Origin: a virus
Lineage: Duplodnaviria; Caudoviricetes
Strand: one strand, 5' to 3'
Virus record (IMG/VR): IMGVR_UViG_3300028048_000077
Location: 1-64,000 of that record
Length of the DNA: 64,000 bases
In this document: positions 56,846 to 64,000 of the stretch, one piece after another
Layout of the letters: every line of letters begins with the position of its first letter
How positions within the stretch are numbered: the first letter of the stretch is position 1
Made by a program: the position numbers and the translations under genes
Notes under the pieces: model-generated
Told to the model about the DNA's origin: nothing
What the model saw: only the letters and a program-made list of their open reading frames with translations
Databases searched by the model: none

Positions 56846-57625
56846 TTATCTCTTATCAATAAGCATTACAAGTATTCGATGTAATTCCATTAGGATATTA
56901 TTATTAAATGATATATCTAAATCTTTTAGTTGATGATAATAAGCAATTCCTGGTATGTAAGAATTCAGTCCATCATACTTATACTTTGTACAATATAAAG
57001 ATCTATTATCAAACTCCCTATAATATCCTGGAGGTAATTTCAAATTAAGATAATCATTTCTGAAGTTATTCAAATCAGATATAGCTGATACATAATCTCT
57101 TTTCTCAATAAGAGAAAACATATACATCAGAAAATCTTTCATATAATTCTCATGATAACGCAATATGTTATCAGAGATACCTTTTACATCCAATATCTCG
57201 TATTTTGAATTATAGTACAACTCCAGCCCACCTATATAGTAGAATGAGGTGTACAAATTCTTACATAAAAACTCTACATTTTTAAATTTAGTATACTGTG
57301 GAACCTTATCTATTATATATAATGCATCCTTTTTAATAGCTAGAATTTCATTCTCAGCTATATTATTCTGAGTGCAGAATAAGGTTCTCATTTCTTTAAA
57401 TCCATTAGATATTGCAGATGCAATCTTAAAATCTTTCTGCATTATACCTACTCTAACTTGTCTCTCCATTTTAGGAAGATTATATAAGAAATTATAGGTT
57501 TCTTGATCAATAATACCAAAATATAAGAGAATATTGATATTACCTTTCGATATATCATATTCTCTTATATTTCTTCCTACTAGAAATGTGATTGGTGCTC
57601 TGTATGTATCGTTCTCCCATATCAT
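56846..57625 (-). CDS. putative divergent DNA polymerase B palm-like protein
   Basis: IREYDISKGN (motif A-like) and ILAIKKDALY (motif C-like). Confidence 0.45.
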   Translation of the reverse strand: MIWENDTYRAPITFLVGRNIREYDISKGNINILLYFGIIDQETYNFLYNLPKMERQVRVGIMQKDFKIASAISNGFKEMRTLFCTQNNIAENEILAIKKDALYIIDKVPQYTKFKNVEFLCKNLYTSFYYIGGLELYYNSKYEILDVKGISDNILRYHENYMKDFLMYMFSLIEKRDYVSAISDLNNFRNDYLNLKLPPGYYREFDNRSLYCTKYKYDGLNSYIPGIAYYHQLKDLDISFNNNILMELHRILVMLIDKR

Positions 57626-58116
57626 ACAGGCATCATTCCTTTCAGTCTCAAATAACGCATTCTATCCATATCGAACATATGATTTCCATAATCATCCATC
57701 ATGGAATCCTCTAACCAATTGAGATCACTAACTTCATTCACTATTGAACACAGTTTATGGTATCTCTCTCGTATTATTCCAATGAGAATCTCAATATATT
57801 CACATACTATTGGATTTGAATCATCGTAATGGACAAATACATCTACATCATAGTATTCTCCCATAAGGATTTCCATGAATGATATGAATGCAATATCATT
57901 TTCAAATATAAATCTTGCATATTCTTGACTGAATATTTCTCTAGAGATCATTCCCCTATGATAAGCCCATACAGACTCACGGGTTGGAGATGCATTAGAG
58001 ATGTTAAGCCCAATATCCATAATATTATAGAAATTGAGCTTATACCATAATGGAGATTCAAGCATAGCATCTTGATAAACAAACTCGTTAAAGTTGTTTC
58101 CTCCAAATATAATCAT
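57622..58116 (-). CDS. hypothetical protein
   Basis: ORF track, overlapping stop/start coupling. Confidence 0.8.
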   Translation of the reverse strand: MIIFGGNNFNEFVYQDAMLESPLWYKLNFYNIMDIGLNISNASPTRESVWAYHRGMISREIFSQEYARFIFENDIAFISFMEILMGEYYDVDVFVHYDDSNPIVCEYIEILIGIIRERYHKLCSIVNEVSDLNWLEDSMMDDYGNHMFDMDRMRYLRLKGMMPV

Positions 58117-58853
58117 TGTTGCTTCACCTCAGTCATATCTTGTTTCTGAAGCTTAATCAATGGATTGAATAAGCCATTATGTTTTGCATTTTCCTTGATC
58201 TGATTCGCAAGTCCATTAGTAAATTCTACTATCTGACTCTGATCAGGAATGTTATACATAATCATTACATCACGATATAACTTCTGGCATGCATATATTC
58301 CAGATGGATAACATAACAGATACTGATTTATATCTATTACATCATAATTGTACATCTGGTTTAATCTTATAGCTTCAAAGTTTGGATTCATATCAACTAA
58401 TGGAGTTTCAGGGAATCCATTTTGTAAACATAATCCGTCAGCTATAGTAATACCAAATATGTTTCGTATATAGTTCATAAGAACATATGCAAATCTAAAT
58501 GACTGTGATTCATTAGGAGGTATAAAGAAACATATATCTTTACCAGAATGCATCGCAGCCATAATAATTGCAAACAATCTCTGTGGAGTAGGAGTATTTA
58601 GATATGATGTATATAATATTTCTGCATCTTGATATCTACCTTCTACTTCAGCAGATAATGCCTCATAGTTAGGAAGCAAAGCTCCTACTGTAAGGAACCC
58701 TGTGTACTTGAATTGTTCTCTGTCATCAGTTAATACGAGAACTGCACTTGATTCATTATTACAAATCAAAGGAATATCAGATTCCTGATTCGTAATATAT
58801 GCACTTCCATACATATTCTTTCCTCCTTTTAGATTAAAAAAGAGAGTGACCAA
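58113..58853 (-). CDS. hypothetical protein
   Basis: ORF track; AGGAGG SD indicates the start is MYGSAY. Confidence 0.8.
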   Translation of the reverse strand: MVTLFFNLKGGKNMYGSAYITNQESDIPLICNNESSAVLVLTDDREQFKYTGFLTVGALLPNYEALSAEVEGRYQDAEILYTSYLNTPTPQRLFAIIMAAMHSGKDICFFIPPNESQSFRFAYVLMNYIRNIFGITIADGLCLQNGFPETPLVDMNPNFEAIRLNQMYNYDVIDINQYLLCYPSGIYACQKLYRDVMIMYNIPDQSQIVEFTNGLANQIKENAKHNGLFNPLIKLQKQDMTEVKQQ

Positions 58854-58877
58854 ATTGGGTCACTCTCCATTTATTAC

Positions 58878-60434
58878 TTAGAAATTGTCGATATTCTTAG
58901 GCTCAGAAGAAGTATCATTGATTATTCTGTAACGGATATACTCTTTGATATCTTTCTTATTGATACCCTTGCAGCTACGAACAATATGTGCACAGCAAAC
59001 ACGTACACATTTATTCACGTCTTTATTAGTAAGCATATCAGGATCGTTTACTTGCTTTAATGCTTCATCAATGATTTCTTCATAAGCTCTATCAACCTGC
59101 TGTTTCTGATCTTCACTGATATTGAGTTCATAATCTTCATCATCATCATTTTCTTCTTCGTATTCTTCCTCAATATCTTCTTCTTTATCTTGACAATGCC
59201 AAGAGTGTTCTTCCTCAATACCTTCTTCATCTTGACCAGAGCATTCTGCAGTGTCATTTGTTACATAAGTAGTTAGAGGAGTCTGAGCTTCTACATCACT
59301 AATCTCTTCAGTAATGATATCAGTCTGCTCTTCTTCCACTTCTATTTCTCCATTAAGATCAATATCATCAACACTCATATTAGTTGATTCTTCTGGAGTA
59401 ATAGTAGACTCTACCTTTTCTTCTTCAACCTGCTGTTTTGCTTCTTCAAAAGCATCAGCAATAGGAGTATTTGGTCTTACTACTTTAGACACAAATTTTC
59501 CAGACTCCATTGGTCTTGGTGGAGTTGGATAAGTTTTTCTACCATTGCTGGTTTTAAAACCCTTGTTGTTTGTGAATGGATTTCCATACTCTTTGTACTC
59601 TCCAGTCTCCTTATTAAGTATTTTTACTTTTACATTGAAAGGCATTCTAATCTCTCCTTTTCTATTATTTTGACTCTTAATTTCTTGTGTTTGATGCCTA
59701 CTAGAATAGTACTTTCGGAGTTCTCTTGCAGTATATCTAGTGCCACATTTCACACATATAATATTGTTCAGTCCGTCATCATAATCTATAAGCCCATCAC
59801 ACTGTACTCCTAGCTTATCTTTCTGAATACAATGTAACTTTCTTATATCAGCTTCATAAGCATATGGGAAATCTAAGACTACAGGACCAAATCCTTCTCT
59901 TATTCCCCAATTCATAAAGAAGTTAGTTCCAATATCTTCTAATACTATACCAGCAAATTGTATGATAATAATATTAAACACTATCGGAGCTATATCTTCA
60001 AACTGATATCTATTCTTGATTGGATTAACTCTTTCTACCATTGCCACTGTACCACAAGGAGTCACTTCAAACACCTTAGTACAGAATGGCTTAAGTAATT
60101 CTTGTGTATGATATTCACCTACATTGGCCTCTCTACCAACTATATCTATGCCTACTTTTAGGCATATGGTATCATCATACTCTGATTTATATACCAATCG
60201 ATTAGTACCAGCATGGAGACGAGTAAACCCTCTACGTCGAAGTATCTCGTCTACCATACTGTACTTTTTCATTGGCAATGCATTTAGCTTAGCCGATCTA
60301 GATATATTATATATCTCTAGCACATCTTGTTGAGATATATAATATGACATCTGAGGATGCCATAACTTATCGAACTGAAATCCTGCTATCCTTGGTTTAT
60401 CATATAGCATTTGAATTACGTCCCTTCTATCCAT
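58878..60434 (-). CDS. protein-kinase-like domain, Zn ribbon and acidic tail
   Basis: AGTNRLVY, CLKV, N..E, VERV, EDIG....NWG, VVLDF; C-x8-C...CVKC. Confidence 0.65.
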   Translation of the reverse strand: MDRRDVIQMLYDKPRIAGFQFDKLWHPQMSYYISQQDVLEIYNISRSAKLNALPMKKYSMVDEILRRRGFTRLHAGTNRLVYKSEYDDTICLKVGIDIVGREANVGEYHTQELLKPFCTKVFEVTPCGTVAMVERVNPIKNRYQFEDIAPIVFNIIIIQFAGIVLEDIGTNFFMNWGIREGFGPVVLDFPYAYEADIRKLHCIQKDKLGVQCDGLIDYDDGLNNIICVKCGTRYTARELRKYYSSRHQTQEIKSQNNRKGEIRMPFNVKVKILNKETGEYKEYGNPFTNNKGFKTSNGRKTYPTPPRPMESGKFVSKVVRPNTPIADAFEEAKQQVEEEKVESTITPEESTNMSVDDIDLNGEIEVEEEQTDIITEEISDVEAQTPLTTYVTNDTAECSGQDEEGIEEEHSWHCQDKEEDIEEEYEEENDDDEDYELNISEDQKQQVDRAYEEIIDEALKQVNDPDMLTNKDVNKCVRVCCAHIVRSCKGINKKDIKEYIRYRIINDTSSEPKNIDNF

Positions 60435-60443
60435 AGCATCACC

Positions 60444-63377
60444 TTATTCATAGAAATATCGTTTTGCTGTTGGACGCATCTCTTCTTTACTGAAGATTTT
60501 ATTAATGAATCTCTGACGTCTATCATTATACTTATCAGAGTTCATCAATGTACTATACTGCTGTGGAGTAGCATTAAATGATGGAGTTGCATAAACTCCA
60601 TTCATCATATTATACTGTAATAATGGTACATTGAATAGACGTCTTACATTATTCTGCTGAGCTTTAAAGCGATCCTGTAAGTTATCATAACATACCGTAC
60701 TAAATCCTTTTCCATATACAAAGTCATACAAATTATCTCCCTTGATAGACCGAGACTGAACTAATTGGCCTATCTTTTGTTTGAAAGCATTTGATTCTGC
60801 CTCTTGAATATTTGGAGAATATGCTAAAGACATCTTAAGATTATTGGATCTTCTTTGTGATTCCATACTTCTTAATTCTTTTCTAGACTTTGCCTTTGTA
60901 TACATATATGGATTATAAACTCCACCATTAGTTATATTAGATGGAGCATTCCACCATTTATCAAACCAAGACTCATATTCCTGATCTGACATATCTTTGG
61001 TTTCATCAGAGGATCTCATTAACCTCTTCCATAATAAGTACACATTCTTTCTATTATTCTGATAAGGACTAAGCTGATAAGTTCTGGATTCCCATTCTTT
61101 TACCATATTATATTCCTCTTCAGAATGTACAACTCGAAGATTATTTAAAGATTGTAACTGATAAATCAATTGCTTATTCTTATCCAAATCTTCAACTTTC
61201 ATTTCACCATTTTGTGGAATATTCATCTGCCCTACAATATTATTCTGAATCTGCATTCCTTGATATTCCTGAGCTTTTATCTTTCCACTCATCAATTCTG
61301 ATGGATCAACTGGTCTATACTTCATAACAGTCTGAATTTCTGCTGCAGACATACCAGTTTCCTTTATTGCTTCCTGAATTGAAGAATACTTATTATCTCT
61401 AATTGCCTGAATATTGACTACACGCTGCATAGCGTCCTGTACATTTTTCTGGGTCTTATCAATAATGAGCTTCTTATTCTCTACACGAACACCAGGAGCC
61501 TTTACAGATGCCAATGGATCTTGCTTCTGATATCCTTCAAGAAGTTGCAGAGAATAATCTAACATATCAGCAAACTCTGCTGGTGAAACAGATTGATCAT
61601 CCTTCATAAATGATAGCTGATCTGCAGCAAATGCATTATACTTCTTTAAAGTATTTATCAGAAGGAATATCTCTGTTTCTTTATCCATACCTTGAATCTT
61701 AGTTGCAGCATCCTTATAATCTAATGCTGCTTCTTTTTTCTTTATCGCTTCGGCTTCCATCTTTTCTTGCTTACGTATGTTTTCTATAACTTCTGGATCT
61801 CCATAAGTTTCAGAACCTATACTAACACATACTCTAAAAGGTTTATTCTTTCTATTAGAAATCTTTTTCCTCTTAGGTAATTTCAGAGTTGGATCTTTGA
61901 ATGATTCACCATTTTTAATTACGTATGTATAGAAGCATTCTCCAGATTCAATCTCTTCTCTGGTGGGGATAAGATATTGATCTCCAGGTTTTGCTCCTTG
62001 TGGCTCATCTTCATATCTATAACTTCCATCAGGATTTCTATTTGCAGTAGTAGGTGTATTATACATATTCTGTAACGTAGAATTCTGATAGAATAATGGA
62101 TTAAAACCCATCATAGGCATTTGTGGTTGCTGCTGAGATGCTTGTTGCTGTTGCCTATCTATATCTTCAATGATTTTATCCCCATTCTTAAGAGTGGATG
62201 CCATCAATTTAGATGCTTCAACAAGATCATCAGATAACTTTTCTCTTGGCTGTGTTGGTTGAGCACCAAACATCTTAGCCAAATCTAATGTCTCAGTACC
62301 ATCATCATCCTTCTTATATCCAGGATTATTATCCAACAACTTATTTACTGCTTCCTCTTTGCTACTTACATTAGCAAACTTAGGTTGCTGTTGTTGTGCC
62401 TGTGGAGGCGGTGTAGTTGGATAAAATGGATTAGGAGTTGATACTACTCCAAATCCTGGTGCTGGAGGTGGTGGTTGCTGTGGAACATATACTCTACTCT
62501 GATATGGATTCATGAACTGACTATATGCTCTGGCATTCTGCTCAGCATATAATCTCTGTTGATTCTGCCAATCACTCATAGTATTTGTATAGTTATATGC
62601 ACCATACTGATTTGGATGAGAGTCAATACATCTAACCCACCCATCCATCTCTGGATTTATTTGAGGAGTAGATTGATTCTCAAACAAATTATCGAAATTC
62701 ATTTCTGCAGATTCTGGTTTTTCATTTGGAACCTGCTGAAAATACCTATCATTATTGAATAATAATGTAGGATTTACCATATCTGGTTCTGTAAATGCTG
62801 CTACTGTATGATTCACAGGAACTTCAGCTATGATATTATTATTATTCTTCATATACATATTACGGAATCCAATCTTACTAAATTTTGCTTCTACTTCTTG
62901 AACTCTATAATTAGTAGTAGCCCAAGCTCTAGCAGCCTGATAAGTTATAACTCCATAATTCTGAAGCTCATCATTGATTATATTAGCTCTAGCTTCATTC
63001 CAGAGTTGTTCTTCTGGCATATTTGGATATATGGACTTAAACTGCTCTACTACTTTTCTCCACTTATCTTCATGGAGTGCCCAATAGTAATATGCAATAT
63101 CCGAGAGAATGAGAGTATCTTCTGGATCATTATTCTCATGGAATATTATATCTCTTTCATCTCTAGCATAGTAAGTACCAAATAGATTGTCTTGCCATAA
63201 TCGTACATACGGAATAGTACGAGATGCTGCAAACCAATCTAATCTACCGTCATATGTGCATGCACGAGCTGTTGCTCTGCATTTCTCAAGCCAACGCTTA
63301 AGATCTTGTTTGTCTTTCGGAAAGACACCAACGATATTACCACAAACTACTTTGTGGCAGTACTTTGCATTTTGCAT
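60444..63377 (-). CDS. large hypothetical protein with Q/P/N-rich disordered regions
   Basis: 977 aa, AGGAGG SD, promoter motif upstream. Confidence 0.85.
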   Translation of the reverse strand: MQNAKYCHKVVCGNIVGVFPKDKQDLKRWLEKCRATARACTYDGRLDWFAASRTIPYVRLWQDNLFGTYYARDERDIIFHENNDPEDTLILSDIAYYYWALHEDKWRKVVEQFKSIYPNMPEEQLWNEARANIINDELQNYGVITYQAARAWATTNYRVQEVEAKFSKIGFRNMYMKNNNNIIAEVPVNHTVAAFTEPDMVNPTLLFNNDRYFQQVPNEKPESAEMNFDNLFENQSTPQINPEMDGWVRCIDSHPNQYGAYNYTNTMSDWQNQQRLYAEQNARAYSQFMNPYQSRVYVPQQPPPPAPGFGVVSTPNPFYPTTPPPQAQQQQPKFANVSSKEEAVNKLLDNNPGYKKDDDGTETLDLAKMFGAQPTQPREKLSDDLVEASKLMASTLKNGDKIIEDIDRQQQQASQQQPQMPMMGFNPLFYQNSTLQNMYNTPTTANRNPDGSYRYEDEPQGAKPGDQYLIPTREEIESGECFYTYVIKNGESFKDPTLKLPKRKKISNRKNKPFRVCVSIGSETYGDPEVIENIRKQEKMEAEAIKKKEAALDYKDAATKIQGMDKETEIFLLINTLKKYNAFAADQLSFMKDDQSVSPAEFADMLDYSLQLLEGYQKQDPLASVKAPGVRVENKKLIIDKTQKNVQDAMQRVVNIQAIRDNKYSSIQEAIKETGMSAAEIQTVMKYRPVDPSELMSGKIKAQEYQGMQIQNNIVGQMNIPQNGEMKVEDLDKNKQLIYQLQSLNNLRVVHSEEEYNMVKEWESRTYQLSPYQNNRKNVYLLWKRLMRSSDETKDMSDQEYESWFDKWWNAPSNITNGGVYNPYMYTKAKSRKELRSMESQRRSNNLKMSLAYSPNIQEAESNAFKQKIGQLVQSRSIKGDNLYDFVYGKGFSTVCYDNLQDRFKAQQNNVRRLFNVPLLQYNMMNGVYATPSFNATPQQYSTLMNSDKYNDRRQRFINKIFSKEEMRPTAKRYFYE

Positions 63378-63418
63378 TGTATTTCCTCCTTCTTAAAATA
63401 TTTTAGCTCTATTGCTAC

Positions 63419-63434
63419 TCATATATATAGTATA
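63419..63434 (-). promoter_or_regulatory. Conserved promoter motif
   Basis: TATACTATATATATGA. Confidence 0.8.
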
Positions 63435-63442
63435 TAAGTAGT

Positions 63443-63847
63443 TTATACTTTGATTAACGCTTCCATACCTTTGAATATAGTATCAACTAAATCATATCTT
63501 TTATTATGATGATAATTGCTTATAAGATCCTGAATTACTCCTCTTAGAATTACAAGCGCTCTATCTTTAGATTCATTCTCAGTAAAGTAATAGAGCTTTG
63601 CATATCTAATACATGCATTCTCAAGATCTATACAGATCGTTCTAAGATAATCAAATCCATGACTATTAGCTGTATTTAGAACTAAACTGCGTGTAGCATC
63701 ACGCAACAGTTCAAAATAATAATCACCTAATAAAGAATAGTTTGGTTTTTGCTTCAAGAACTCTTCATATGCAGTTCCTGAAGTCATATTTCCAGTACTC
63801 ATCGATGTGGAAATTCCATTTCTAACTACTACAGTATTAAACCCCAT
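63443..63847 (-). CDS. hypothetical protein
   Basis: ORF track, GGAGG SD. Confidence 0.75.
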   Translation of the reverse strand: MGFNTVVVRNGISTSMSTGNMTSGTAYEEFLKQKPNYSLLGDYYFELLRDATRSLVLNTANSHGFDYLRTICIDLENACIRYAKLYYFTENESKDRALVILRGVIQDLISNYHHNKRYDLVDTIFKGMEALIKV

Positions 63848-64000
63848 TATTATAACCTCCCATTTATATCCATTAATAATGGAATATAACCATCAATCAT
63901 TTTATCCGTCAATTTATAATTGATTGGAATGAATATATTACCATATTCAGATAGTTTACCATGATTCTTCTTAATAGCATGAGCCAACATATTTCTAGTG

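Noticed and set aside
98-63396. Many short antisense ORFs in the track (e.g. 98-349, 1050-1529, 8045-8338, 27195-27653, 41188-41391, 50848-51186)
   Set aside because: Shadow frames opposite well-supported genes or inside an intron, with no SD and biased composition.

Overview
Very AT-rich, densely coding segment of a jumbo-phage genome. The gene set resembles phiKZ/AR9-type phages: split multisubunit RNA polymerase beta' subunits, portal, baseplate and fibre proteins, GyrB and GyrA, DnaB-like and RecD/Dda-like helicases, an SbcD nuclease and two tRNAs. The best candidate for an undescribed system is a family of seven ConA/LamG-like putative receptor-binding genes in three paralogous classes at three loci, all tied to the only long G tracts (G9-G11) I found in the window. 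Three tracts lie inside genes and put them out of frame; two form the ribosome-binding site inside a GNRA hairpin. This is consistent with slipped-strand phase variation of host-recognition proteins, although homopolymer sequencing errors must be excluded. Other notable items: a beta' gene split by two sibling group I introns (one inside NADFDG^D, one carrying an antisense HNH gene); a 16-nt promoter-like motif in 12 copies; three stand-alone amphipathic micropeptide genes with type I toxin-like mRNA architecture; a 10-aa peptide transcription unit; and several structured ncRNA candidates. Product calls come from motif recognition only; no database search was run.
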